A stretch of 64,000 nucleotides of DNA from Candidatus Melainabacteria bacterium 17Bon1m (GTDB lineage Bacteria; Cyanobacteriota; Vampirovibrionia; Obscuribacterales; Obscuribacteraceae), in the NCBI GenBank assembly GCA_032128875.1, contig JAVLKG010000001.1, positions 1,090,443 to 1,154,442 of the forward strand. The letters run 5' to 3'. This document shows, piece by piece, positions 47,459 through 57,435 of the stretch. The first letter of the stretch is position 1. Each line of letters begins with the position of its first letter. A program made the translations under genes and the position numbers. The notes beneath the pieces were generated by a model. The model made no database searches, was not told where the DNA came from, and saw only the letters and a list, made by a program, of their open reading frames with translations.

Positions 47459-48019
47459 TTATTCACTCGTGGTGCTGGTGGGCGTCACCACAGGTTTCTG
47501 ACCCTTTTGCCAATCTATTGTGTAGTCCCCTTTGTTTTGGGTGTCTATGGTTGTGGTGGCACCCTGACCCTTTGCATAGTTTGTCGTGCCATCATATCCA
47601 TAGGATTGCCCTTGAGGGTTTGTATATGAGGCTCCGCTATTTCGTGTTCCGGTGCCTGTTTGCGCATTGTATGCGTTGTTCATGTATCCGCTGGCATTGC
47701 CACCATTGGCCCCGGTGGCTTGAAATTGTTTCGCACGAAATGCGCCCACGCCTTTTTTGTAGGCTCCGCCTTGAGCCGTTTGTAGAGTGCTTCCATTTGG
47801 ACCTTGATACGATCCGCCTCTAAAACCAAAGCCTTGATTCGCACCGAGGGCGCGTGCGCCTGCTCGTTGTCCATATTGCCCTTGATGCGCAAACGCACCG
47901 ATCGAGCCATTTGCACCGCGCGCAAAGGCTCGGCGAGCTTCCGCCGGCGGTGTGACCGCCATTGAAAAGACAGCCAGTAACGCCGCTGTAAACGCAAGTG
48001 GGGCTGCGTAGTTTCTCAT
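47459..48019 (-). CDS. Small secreted Gly-rich beta-repeat protein
   Basis: AGGAG RBS, signal peptide ending PAEA, repeated GANG/GPNG/GQG turns. Confidence 0.72.
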   Translation of the reverse strand: MRNYAAPLAFTAALLAVFSMAVTPPAEARRAFARGANGSIGAFAHQGQYGQRAGARALGANQGFGFRGGSYQGPNGSTLQTAQGGAYKKGVGAFRAKQFQATGANGGNASGYMNNAYNAQTGTGTRNSGASYTNPQGQSYGYDGTTNYAKGQGATTTIDTQNKGDYTIDWQKGQKPVVTPTSTTSE

Positions 48020-48241
48020 TCTCTTTCTCCTGCACGTATGTATGAGTCGGTTGCGCGCACTTCCGAATGCAAATACACAGACTGGCAAGAAAAGTTTCGC
48101 CAGAGCGCCCTGCGCCAGGATTAAATCCCAAAACAATTACTCCGACTGAGATTAGGGATGTTTAAGAATTCTGCATGCAAGACGGGCGCCAGAAAAAGCC
48201 TGTGAGATTATGGTTGCAATGTTCTTGACAGGTCCTCCACC

Positions 48242-49018
48242 ATGAAAAAACTGAAGCAACTTACCAAAAATGGAACCTCAGGATTCTTTAAAGCACTGAT
48301 GATTCTTTCCGTCGTGCTGATCGGGCTTTGTGTTGTAGTGCCATTACTAAATGTGTTTCTTTCGACACCTCCGGCGCAGCACGGAAAATTGGTATTCAGT
48401 CTTGTTCTTTTCTGCTTATTGTTTCTGTCGATGCAGCTTCTTGCACAAAGCGCAGTCTATAGAGAGAACAAAAAGAAGTTAGAAACGATGGAAGAGAATC
48501 AGTCGACTGCGTATACAGATGATGTGATCAAACTCTCTCAACAGGCTATTGATATGCCGGTGTCTTTGGCGCTTGCATGGGATTGCTTGAAGGAAGCAAC
48601 CAATGGATTGGATATCAAAGCGCTGGATAAACGTCGTGCATCGTGGCTTGTAGATTCTGTTGATGACGACAGAAGAACCGTGAAGTGCTCGCTTCAATAT
48701 ATACAAGATCCGTTGGGCCGAAAGCTGAGTCAGATTTATCCGCGCACCATCGAGATGGTCGCAACTGTTGACGGATCTGGTATCAACACCAAGTTGCGCA
48801 CACGATACAGTTTTGCGACCCCTATGGACTTGGAAGCAGTGTCTGAAATCATCAGTAAGACGAATTCGCGGCTCAATGAAATGATTGTAGTTGCAGACAA
48901 ATCATACAAAGAACAAAGAGAACGCCGAAGCGCATCTGCTGTTGCTCAATTAGAACAACCGGCAACGTTGAATTTGGACGAACTCGGTTGTATCAACTTT
49001 CCAATCAGTTTGAACTAG
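48242..49018 (+). CDS. Membrane protein (2 TM plus soluble domain)
   Basis: Two hydrophobic helices, then an alpha/beta domain with no recognised motif. Confidence 0.7.
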   Translation: MKKLKQLTKNGTSGFFKALMILSVVLIGLCVVVPLLNVFLSTPPAQHGKLVFSLVLFCLLFLSMQLLAQSAVYRENKKKLETMEENQSTAYTDDVIKLSQQAIDMPVSLALAWDCLKEATNGLDIKALDKRRASWLVDSVDDDRRTVKCSLQYIQDPLGRKLSQIYPRTIEMVATVDGSGINTKLRTRYSFATPMDLEAVSEIISKTNSRLNEMIVVADKSYKEQRERRSASAVAQLEQPATLNLDELGCINFPISLN

Positions 49019-49054
49019 CGGCGCTCGATATTTTGTAGGCGTGCTCATTATCTT

Positions 49055-49108
49055 GTAGGGGCGGCGCATGCGCCGCCCTGAGCAGGGAGCCGCATGCGGC
49101 TCCCCTAC
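49055..49108. repeat. Inverted pair of GTAG-type REP palindromes (REPIN-like); could also act as a bidirectional terminator
   Basis: GTAGGGGCGGCGCATGCGCCGCCC, TGAGCA spacer, then the reverse complement of GTAGGGGAGCCGCATGCGGCTCCC, between convergent genes. Confidence 0.8.
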
Positions 49109-49114
49109 GGGAAT

Positions 49115-51508
49115 TTATTTCCCTGACGCTTCCAGTCCCACGCGAATTACCGGCAGTTTTTCTCCCAGATTCGACATTGTCTGATAGGTGAGAGCGGCGA
49201 CATCGGCTCTCGTTGCTAACTCATTTGGTTTTATCGATTCAGAATCGGGATAGCTGACAATGATGTTTGCATTAGCAGCCTTCGCAACGCTCGGCAGAGC
49301 CCATGTCGGCACGCTGCCACCGTCTTTGTATCGGCTCAATGCAGAGGTGTCCGCATTGGGATTTTGCAGAGCTTTGGCGAGAATCACAAGCGCTTGAGCA
49401 CGCGTGATTTTGTCTTCCGGGCGGAAACTGCCATCTGGAAATCCTGTTACCAGCCCCGCATCGCTGACCTGGCTGATCGCATTTGCTGCCCAATACTTTG
49501 CAGGGACATCTCTAAAGTTAGCTGGTCTGCCTGCTGGCGGCAGTTTCAGAGCACGCGTGGCAATCGCAGCAAATTGGGCCCTTGTGATGTAATCATTCGG
49601 CTTGAAAGAACCATCAGGAAATCCTCCGATGGTGCCGCGTTTTTGCAACAGCCCTATGTATTGCTCTGCCCAATGTCCGCGAGTGTCTGACGCTGCTCCG
49701 GAAGTATCGACTTTGATTGGTTTTGTCAACGTGCGAGCTATCTCCGAATCGAGACGGTCAAGGTCACGCGCGACAGTCATGACTTCCCAATCGGAGAGTT
49801 GGTTGTCTGAGCTTCTGAACGCACCTTCTACATCTTTTATGCGATCGAATTCGTGATTGAAGTCGCGGCGATTGTCTTCAGTAATTGCTCCGATTTTTGC
49901 GGCTTCTTCGATGCGATTTTGAATGGCAGTTTCTTTTGCTGCAATGTCTGGAAGTGGTGGCAGTGCTTTGTCAATGCGTGAAGAAACAGCATCGTACTCT
50001 TTGGAAAGTGCGATGATTGCTTGATCGCTCAAGCCACCTTCGGACCCTTTGAAAGTGGTTTCTAGTCCATTGATGCGAACAAGATCAGCCTTCAAAGCAC
50101 TCGCATCGTCTGGTCTTAAACGTCCAGAGGCAATCGCTTCGTTGATTTTGCGATCGAGATCGGCACGCCTGGTGCTGATCTCTGGAAGTGGTGCCACGGC
50201 TTTGTCTGCAGAGATTCTGAAATTGTCGAAGTCTGATGCTAACGTCGCTGATTCCGTGCTGTCTAAACGACCGTCTTGCATGAAATATCTGTATCGCGCA
50301 TCAATGCGGTCAAGTTGCGTGCGCAGATCTTGTGCTGCTGCTGTGCTCACGCGTCCTGTACTTTCGCTGGCTAAGAGACGCCTTTTGGCTTCAGTAACTC
50401 TTTGACTGACATTTTGTAAAGATGGGGTGCCACCGTATGTTTCAATCTTTGCTTTCAGGCTGTCTAAGTCGCGCGCCAGTGTCAGCGTTTCTGTATCCGA
50501 AAGACTTCCGTCAATGCGGAACGTCGCTTCTAGTGATGCGATACGATCGAACTCCTGTTTTAAATCAACAACTTGTTGCGAACTCAGTCTCCCGGAATAA
50601 AGCGCATCAGTAATCAATTTTTCAACTTCTTGCTGGCGTTGATCGATGCCGGGCGGATTGGTTGCTAGCGGCTGATAGCGGTCGAGCGCGGTGGAGAGTT
50701 TTTCCAATTCAATCGCCAGTGTCAGCGATTCGTTTGTATCTAACTTTCCATCGTTGCTCTTGAACGCAGTCTCTTGCGCTTCGATTCTGCTTAGCTCTTG
50801 TCCATAAATGTTTGCTTCGGCAAGTGTGATTTTTCCGCTCGCCAGCAGATCTTTGACGCGTCGATTGATCTCGATTTTCTTGGACTCGGTATTGGTGTCA
50901 TTGACGGTGACCGGCTTGATTTTCGCGTGAACGTTTTGTTGCAACTTGTCCAAGTCCACTGAGAGAGTGAGCAGCTCGTTGTTGTTCAAGTTTCCATCAG
51001 CTCTAAAAGAACTTTCCTGCAACTTTATGCGGTCCAGTTCAGCAAGAAAAACTTCCCCGTCCTGTCTGTTCAAGCGTCCACTGAATAGTGCGTCTGAAAT
51101 CTCACGCGTGATTTCTGCCGAGCGCCCTGGAAGGTCGGCTGTTGCTGTGGTTCTAGGCGCCAACTGAGAGTCGATTTGCCTTTGTAGATTGTCAAGCTCG
51201 AATGCGAGCCGCATCTTTTCCCATACGCTGAGCTTACCGTCCGCCATGTACTGGGTTTCACTCTGTTTTATGCGCTCCAAAGATGCCTTAAAAGAAGCAG
51301 CATTTTCGCTGGAAAGTCGTCCCTGCGTCTGTGCTTCAGCGATGCTTTGAGTCATTTTCGCCAGTCTGGTGCTCACATCCACCATTTGCGGCATCTGCCC
51401 AAACGTCTGTGCCCAGTTGGTTTGTGCCAGAGTCGGTTGAACCGCTATAGAACAGGTAGCCAAGGAAACCAGGGACAGTGACACAGCAAGAACAGCGGCA
51501 CGTTTCAT
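49115..51508 (-). CDS. Exported protein with seven helical repeats and three C-terminal SLH domains
   Basis: GGAGG RBS, signal peptide; 'GFPDGSFKPNDYITRAQF', 'GFPDGSFRPEDKITRAQA', 'IKPNELATRAD'. Confidence 0.9.
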   Translation of the reverse strand: MKRAAVLAVSLSLVSLATCSIAVQPTLAQTNWAQTFGQMPQMVDVSTRLAKMTQSIAEAQTQGRLSSENAASFKASLERIKQSETQYMADGKLSVWEKMRLAFELDNLQRQIDSQLAPRTTATADLPGRSAEITREISDALFSGRLNRQDGEVFLAELDRIKLQESSFRADGNLNNNELLTLSVDLDKLQQNVHAKIKPVTVNDTNTESKKIEINRRVKDLLASGKITLAEANIYGQELSRIEAQETAFKSNDGKLDTNESLTLAIELEKLSTALDRYQPLATNPPGIDQRQQEVEKLITDALYSGRLSSQQVVDLKQEFDRIASLEATFRIDGSLSDTETLTLARDLDSLKAKIETYGGTPSLQNVSQRVTEAKRRLLASESTGRVSTAAAQDLRTQLDRIDARYRYFMQDGRLDSTESATLASDFDNFRISADKAVAPLPEISTRRADLDRKINEAIASGRLRPDDASALKADLVRINGLETTFKGSEGGLSDQAIIALSKEYDAVSSRIDKALPPLPDIAAKETAIQNRIEEAAKIGAITEDNRRDFNHEFDRIKDVEGAFRSSDNQLSDWEVMTVARDLDRLDSEIARTLTKPIKVDTSGAASDTRGHWAEQYIGLLQKRGTIGGFPDGSFKPNDYITRAQFAAIATRALKLPPAGRPANFRDVPAKYWAANAISQVSDAGLVTGFPDGSFRPEDKITRAQALVILAKALQNPNADTSALSRYKDGGSVPTWALPSVAKAANANIIVSYPDSESIKPNELATRADVAALTYQTMSNLGEKLPVIRVGLEASGK

Positions 51509-51645
51509 CTAAACCTCCTGGCAAGTTGCGGCAAATTTTGGCGCGATTTCTCTGCGCTGGGCTCGGTCGAACCCGCTTGTGGCGGCAAATTTAGCATATT
51601 GACGACGCTTCAGCCAACGACCGAAGTGATGGTCTATGCCCCAGT

Positions 51646-53307
51646 TTATTTGCTGTACAAGCCTTTTAAGTCGTTCCAGGCATCATGTTTTTTACCTGGA
51701 GAATTAACTGCAGGTTTGGGTGGCGATGAGCGTTTTACGATATTTTGTGGACGAACTTTAGGTTGCGTTCGAATTCTTGGTGATGCTTGAACTCGCACTG
51801 GGGCTACTTTTGGTGCGTCGTTTACAGCAGGCTTAGTAGATTCGCGTGTACCTTTTTCCACAGTTTCTGTGCTGGATGTCGTAGAAGAACTTGGCGTCTC
51901 GCTTGTGGATGATGTGGTGGTTGAGTTCGGCGAAATGGTGTTCCCTTTGGGCTCATTAGGGTTTGCATTCGACGCATCAACGTTTGCATTCGGCGCGTTG
52001 GTTTGCGTTGTGGCTGTTTCTGTTTTTCCATTGCGCATCGAAACTGCGGCAAATAGACCCAGAGCGCAGAGTACTACAACAATGAAACCGACAATGACCA
52101 TCTTTCCTGCGTTAGATTTTTTTTGCTGATCTTCTGCATCTAAACTGCTGAATCTGTCCCGCGCTAATTGCCGAGTCGACGAACCTTTTCCTGAGTCATC
52201 GGTCTCTGCTGCTTTGCTTCCTCTGTCTAAGAAGGCATCTTCAACGCTCATGCCAGCCATCGGATCGAGTGCCAGATTGAAATTGTTTGCGAAATTTACT
52301 TGTGATACCGCATTTTGTTGCGCGCCAGAAACACCCATGCCTGCCATAATTTTGAGATTGCCAGATTCACGCGAAGCTGCTTCTGAGCACGCTTTTACAA
52401 GTGCAGTGCTCAACTCTCCAGCCGTTTGATAGCGGTCTTTAGGATCTTTCGCCATTGCTTTGAAGATCACGCGCTCAAGTTCATCCGGCAAATTCAGCAT
52501 CGGATTGATGGAACGCATCGAAGGAGGTGGGGTGTTGACGTGATATTGAATCAATTCGTAAATTGTGGTGCCGTTGTGGAAGGGATCTTTTCCAGTTAGC
52601 ATCTCGTACATAACGCAGCCGAATGAATAGATATCGGAGCGCGCGTCTTCAGGTTTCCCAACGCATTGCTCGGGACTGAGGTATGGAGGACTTCCCCATA
52701 GTTCGCCGGATTGAGTGAGCTTTCTACTTTCCTCACTTAGTTTTGCCAGACCGAAATCCACCACTTTGACGAAATCCATTTCGTCATCCATCAAGACAAG
52801 ATTGCCTGGTTTTAAATCACGGTGAACGACGCCATTTTTGTGCGCGTAATCGAGCGCACTGCACACCTGTACAGCAATGCGGGCAAAACGATCGATATCT
52901 AGCGGGCCTTCCTCTTTGATAAGCGCTTCAAGGCTGCGTCCGCGTAAATAGTCCATGACGACATAGGGCTGCTGCTCGTCGTCGAAAATGCAGTCGTAAA
53001 CCGTGACAATATGCGGATGATTGAGCGCGCACAACAGATTAATTTCGCGCTGAAATCTGTCGCGGTACACCTGTTTTGTGTCCAGCTGCAATTTCAAGGT
53101 TTTGATGGCGACCTGGCGATTGACGCGAATCTGAGTGGCGAGATAAACGACGCTCATTCCACCGGAGCCGAGCACATCATCAATGTGGAAGCGACCGTCT
53201 AGAACCGTACCTACGAGAGGATCGCGAGCTTTTCCCCTTTCGTTAGCGTTTTGGAGTTTTTCGCCGGAACTCAAATGGTTCACACCTTTCTGCGGTAGTG
53301 GGCACAC
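51646..53307 (-). CDS. Hanks-type Ser/Thr kinase with TM and low-complexity extracellular tail
   Basis: GSGGMS, VAIK, HRDLKPGN, DFG, 'GSPPYLSPEQ'; TM 'MVIVGFIVVVLCALGLFAAV'; start uncertain. Confidence 0.92.
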   Translation of the reverse strand: MCPLPQKGVNHLSSGEKLQNANERGKARDPLVGTVLDGRFHIDDVLGSGGMSVVYLATQIRVNRQVAIKTLKLQLDTKQVYRDRFQREINLLCALNHPHIVTVYDCIFDDEQQPYVVMDYLRGRSLEALIKEEGPLDIDRFARIAVQVCSALDYAHKNGVVHRDLKPGNLVLMDDEMDFVKVVDFGLAKLSEESRKLTQSGELWGSPPYLSPEQCVGKPEDARSDIYSFGCVMYEMLTGKDPFHNGTTIYELIQYHVNTPPPSMRSINPMLNLPDELERVIFKAMAKDPKDRYQTAGELSTALVKACSEAASRESGNLKIMAGMGVSGAQQNAVSQVNFANNFNLALDPMAGMSVEDAFLDRGSKAAETDDSGKGSSTRQLARDRFSSLDAEDQQKKSNAGKMVIVGFIVVVLCALGLFAAVSMRNGKTETATTQTNAPNANVDASNANPNEPKGNTISPNSTTTSSTSETPSSSTTSSTETVEKGTRESTKPAVNDAPKVAPVRVQASPRIRTQPKVRPQNIVKRSSPPKPAVNSPGKKHDAWNDLKGLYSK

Positions 53308-53372
53308 CCGGCGCCCGCTACCTATATTCCACGTAAGATTGAACCTATCATGTGCGCAGAGTTTTCAGACGC

Positions 53373-54536
53373 TTAGAAGGGTGGACCACCGCCGCCCGGA
53401 CCCATACCACCGCCGCCTTGAGGTCCCATGCCTCCACCTCCTTGCGGGCCCATTCCACCGCCGCCACCTTGGGGACCCATTCCGCCACCCTGACCGCCAG
53501 GGCCAAATGCGGAGGATCCCAATACTTTGGTCGCTGCGAGGTCGAAGCTGTGCATAAGCTCAAAAGCTTTGGCATCTTGATGGCTGGAAAAAGCCTTTTC
53601 GATTTCGGTTTTCAAATCCCGTAATCTGTAGCCTTCCGAGCTGTTCTTTCGTGTGACCTGGCTGATAATCTCGTTGCTCTGTGCATTGAAGGTCGCTTTA
53701 AGATGCTCTGCTTCGGGCGGAATGTACCCGCTGGCTGCGCTTTGAGCGGGGGGCGAACCATGCCCACTCGGTGACGTTCCTGCTCCAGCACCTGCTCCTG
53801 CGCCGGCCGATGAGGCTGTTTTGATAGCAGGAACTCCTCTGCCGCGCAAAGAATCCTTTGCTTGCTTGACCTGCTCTTCTTGTCCGGTCAATTTCGATTC
53901 GAGATAGGTCAGTTTTTGTGAGACCTTTTCGGCATCGTTCGCCTTGGCGAGCCCCTGAATCTCCTTGAAGATCGCCTCAAATGGCGAAACGCCAGTGCCC
54001 TGTGCTCGCAGTTTATCAATACGCTTCCATGCTAGCAAACGTCGCTCAACCTCTGGTCCATCATTGATTTCCGGCATATTGTCTGCCTGAACCGAGACGA
54101 GAGCCAGCGATTGCAACAGAGTGGCAGCCGAAATGCGTCCTGCACTGAAGTCATTGATCTCTGCACGCGAGATGGTGACGTGTCGTGCCGGCTTGCCTGT
54201 TTGGCTGAAGAGCACCTTCACCTTTTCAATTTGACCGGGCGCTCCTTCGATTAATGTTCTTGCGAGAAACATCGAATCAATCTTCAAATCTTTGTCTTGC
54301 GCGACTTCTCTCTCTTCTGCCAAAACCGTGACCAGCGGTCCGGTGCCAACTACAGTGACGCTCATGGCGCGAGCGCCTACGGAAGGATCACGCACCAGTG
54401 CCGTTAGTTGTGCGTTGGACAGGTTGGATTTGCCGCTTGCAACCTCAGCAAAAGCTGGAGACGGGCACGCTGAAAAAGCGACAAAACTGCCAATTGCCAC
54501 GCTCATCGCGGTTCGACGGGCGTTTGATATGGACAT
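53373..54536 (-). CDS. Secreted hypothetical protein with C-terminal GGGMGPQG repeats
   Basis: Signal-like N-terminus ending PAFA; Gly/Pro/Met tail; start uncertain (54536-54560). Confidence 0.7.
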   Translation of the reverse strand: MSISNARRTAMSVAIGSFVAFSACPSPAFAEVASGKSNLSNAQLTALVRDPSVGARAMSVTVVGTGPLVTVLAEEREVAQDKDLKIDSMFLARTLIEGAPGQIEKVKVLFSQTGKPARHVTISRAEINDFSAGRISAATLLQSLALVSVQADNMPEINDGPEVERRLLAWKRIDKLRAQGTGVSPFEAIFKEIQGLAKANDAEKVSQKLTYLESKLTGQEEQVKQAKDSLRGRGVPAIKTASSAGAGAGAGAGTSPSGHGSPPAQSAASGYIPPEAEHLKATFNAQSNEIISQVTRKNSSEGYRLRDLKTEIEKAFSSHQDAKAFELMHSFDLAATKVLGSSAFGPGGQGGGMGPQGGGGGMGPQGGGGMGPQGGGGMGPGGGGPPF

Positions 54537-54643
54537 GAATCTGGTCATGAAGACTCTCACCGTGAGGGGGCGCTAGATGATTCCAATGTAGGAATTTTAC
54601 CCGGCGGGCGGTCTTTCTAAGAAAGTTATGCGGACGTGGCGAT

Positions 54644-55174
54644 CTAGGGCAGGATTGTCCAGTTGACCGAGACGTAAGTATTTCCATCCGCGCGACCAAC
54701 GATGCTCACGGATATTCTTTCTTTTGCACGTGTTCCTTGCATCATGAATGCTGAGCCAGGTGGACCAATTTTGGCAAGCATTTCTTCTTTTGGTATCTGC
54801 AACGCAAAACTTCGTGACCGCAGTGCGGATTGGTAAAACGAGTTGACCGTGCTTGCCGAGTCTTTCGTAACGATGGACAAAGTTGCTGTAGGCGCACCTG
54901 CAGTGGTGTTTACAAAATTAGTAGACACAATGTTGCTGCGATAAACATCCACTGGAAAGTTTGTAGGAGCAGTTTGGGACATATGAAGATTCGGAATCTT
55001 CAGGTAAGCAGGCACTTCCCCCTTCTTCAGGTTAAGCACCCCTAGCTTGCGCGCCTTTTCCAAAGTTTCGGGTGGTGCTTGTGCAATCGCAATATTTGAA
55101 GAGGTTGTGAGTGCCATCATCAAACCGATAATCGCTTTAGATCGTGCACTGGCTTTTTTTGTTACCGAGACCAT
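54644..55174 (-). CDS. Secreted hypothetical protein
   Basis: Signal peptide ending IAIA-QA; 10 nt after the TadG-like gene. Confidence 0.68.
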   Translation of the reverse strand: MVSVTKKASARSKAIIGLMMALTTSSNIAIAQAPPETLEKARKLGVLNLKKGEVPAYLKIPNLHMSQTAPTNFPVDVYRSNIVSTNFVNTTAGAPTATLSIVTKDSASTVNSFYQSALRSRSFALQIPKEEMLAKIGPPGSAFMMQGTRAKERISVSIVGRADGNTYVSVNWTILP

Positions 55175-55184
55175 CTCTAAACCT

Positions 55185-56909
55185 CTAAATTAGGGGAACA
55201 CAAATACCAATGGAGATAACGTTTGTTTCTCGTTGTACTCTGACTTTTCCAAGGCAGCCATTAACACCTGTTCCGGGCTGCCAGAAGAGCGATTTGTCCA
55301 TCGTTCCAAAACCAAGACCGAAGTTTTCGACACAGAATGGGTCTGGAACAATAACAGGATGAAAAGGCGGCATAGCGGCAGGGAGCGAAATGCTGCTTTC
55401 TCCCTTTTTCTTTTCCGAACCATCAGGCGTTTGGTTGGCGATCAATGATAGCCACGGAGCTTGGGGATCTGCCACCACACCGCTGACAATAGGCAGGCAT
55501 CGGATTGACTTTCCATCAGGACTGTATAGAGCGAAGTCCTGAGACAATCCTGAAAGAAGTGCTGCAGAACAAAGAGGATTTGAAAGGGCTGAGTGAACTT
55601 CTGATGCAGTAACGGTTTCACCTACTTTTGTGATCATTTCGTTGCAGCGGGAAACCAATTCCTGCTCAATGTAATTCTCAGCACTTCCAGCCTTAGGTGG
55701 AAGGAAAACCATTCCGTCTACACCTGTAGCTAAAAGCGCGACATATTCCAAACCAACCGTAACACTGACTGCTTGTACTGTCGCACAGAGTGGCCCTCCT
55801 GCTGGAGCCGGTGGACTGCTCATCGACTTCGGCGTAAAACCATCCATCGTGTCTGTGAAATAGGTGACAGGAAATGCAAGTGGAACGAATTGCCAATTTA
55901 CTTTCGGTTTTTCTACTCTCAGTCTGACGAAACTGTGCGGAATCGCGGCTTTGTATGTTTGTCGTGGGTTGGTAATTACCCATGCCATACCCTTCTCAGC
56001 AGGCTTGCCAGGCTGAGACGCAACGCCTTCTGCCGAGAATGCATTTGGAACAGCATTAGACCAACCGGAGGCATTGTTCTTTGCCTTTTCGAAGTCACCT
56101 TTTGACACCATATGTGGTTTGTCTTCGAAGAGAAAGGGAACTTGCCAAATTGAATCTCCACCGAAGTCCAGGTTTTCATATCCTTTCAGGAAGAACATTC
56201 CATTGCTGTTTGCAGGCGCAGGCGATCGTCTGGTGTTGGTGACGTTGCTTCCCTTCCACGTAAATCCGTGGGGCGCAAAAAAGTTGTTTCCTGCGTTTCC
56301 ACCGATCATGATGTTGCTTTCAGCAACTTTGTTGGTCCCTTCAATCATCTTCGATGTTTGCCAGTTGAGTCCCGGAATTTCCTTTACTGAAGCGGAATTT
56401 CCGATCATACGAATGTTGTTTTGTCTTGCGAGATCTTTGAAAAAGGGATACAGCTCCGTTTGAATTTTCAATCTGGTGGCGAGGAGATCGCTGGTTTGCT
56501 CGGCGCTCTGCAGTGCGCTGGATGCATTGCTCATGCCGTTGTTATCTTGTCCTTCATTTTTCTGTGCGAGCGCATTTATTTTGTAGAGCATCGCTTCTGC
56601 CCAGACTCTATTGATGCGGCGCAAATTGACGGTCAATTTCGATGGATCCGGAATAATGCTGTTGTCGTCAGGATCTGAGCAAACATCCCAGAAGGCTTTG
56701 TTTGTGACCGGAACAGATATTTCATCAAGTGCCTTCTTGCCGACGTTTAGAGTGCCGGCGTCTATGGCGTTTTTGGTTTCTTTCTGTGCATTCATAAACA
56801 TGATGAAGAAGAAGAATCCAACACCGAGAACAACCAACGCCAGCCCAAGAGCCGCGGTGAGAGCTAAAATTGAGCCCTTTTCTCTTCTTGCTAATCGCGC
56901 CGTTGCCAT
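55185..56909 (-). CDS. TadG-like pilus-associated protein with pilin-type N-terminus
   Basis: 'RREKG|SILALTAALGLALVVLGVGFF' then 'KNAIDAGTL' (Tad-domain-like). Confidence 0.65.
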   Translation of the reverse strand: MATARLARREKGSILALTAALGLALVVLGVGFFFFIMFMNAQKETKNAIDAGTLNVGKKALDEISVPVTNKAFWDVCSDPDDNSIIPDPSKLTVNLRRINRVWAEAMLYKINALAQKNEGQDNNGMSNASSALQSAEQTSDLLATRLKIQTELYPFFKDLARQNNIRMIGNSASVKEIPGLNWQTSKMIEGTNKVAESNIMIGGNAGNNFFAPHGFTWKGSNVTNTRRSPAPANSNGMFFLKGYENLDFGGDSIWQVPFLFEDKPHMVSKGDFEKAKNNASGWSNAVPNAFSAEGVASQPGKPAEKGMAWVITNPRQTYKAAIPHSFVRLRVEKPKVNWQFVPLAFPVTYFTDTMDGFTPKSMSSPPAPAGGPLCATVQAVSVTVGLEYVALLATGVDGMVFLPPKAGSAENYIEQELVSRCNEMITKVGETVTASEVHSALSNPLCSAALLSGLSQDFALYSPDGKSIRCLPIVSGVVADPQAPWLSLIANQTPDGSEKKKGESSISLPAAMPPFHPVIVPDPFCVENFGLGFGTMDKSLFWQPGTGVNGCLGKVRVQRETNVISIGICVPLI

Positions 56910-56996
56910 TTAACTTGCCCTCACGCCTTGAATATTTTTGCGACTTGAATCTGCAACAGAAACGTCGTAAAACCGATTACTGATTGCTTATGAAAA

Positions 56997-57410
56997 TTAG
57001 CGGGGAGCTCCGCCAACGATTGGCTCGACAGCCGTACCTCTGAAGGTTATTTCGTTCAACCCTGGAAAAGGTACCGGCACGCGAACAACCATAGTGGTTT
57101 TTGCTGTGCAAACATCATTATCTTTATATGCAAGATCATCCAGCGTTAGTGACTTGACGATACCTGATTGTTGAAAAGTAGCCAAAACCTTGTCGGCTGC
57201 TTCGCCGGCTGATTGTGGATTTGGTTGATTTGCACCAGCTCGAGCACAGTTTTTCACTGCAGTATCGTTCATCGAGTTCGCTACTACGATTGCAATTAAA
57301 TCAACAATCAAAAGAGCAATCGGAATCAAAATCAGAGCCCCCAGTGCAGCTTCAATCAAGCTGACACCTCTTTTGTTTCTTCGAGATTGCACTTTTTTTG
57401 ACACTTGCAT
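56997..57410 (-). CDS. TadE-like pseudopilin
   Basis: 'RNKRG|VSLIEAALGALILIP', 'ARAGA'. Confidence 0.8.
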   Translation of the reverse strand: MQVSKKVQSRRNKRGVSLIEAALGALILIPIALLIVDLIAIVVANSMNDTAVKNCARAGANQPNPQSAGEAADKVLATFQQSGIVKSLTLDDLAYKDNDVCTAKTTMVVRVPVPFPGLNEITFRGTAVEPIVGGAPR

Positions 57411-57435
57411 TTTCCTGAATCGAAACTAAACAATC

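Noticed and set aside
53385-53500. GGGMGPQG repeats as a DNA-level repeat element
   Set aside because: This is an ordinary low-complexity coding tail with synonymous variation.
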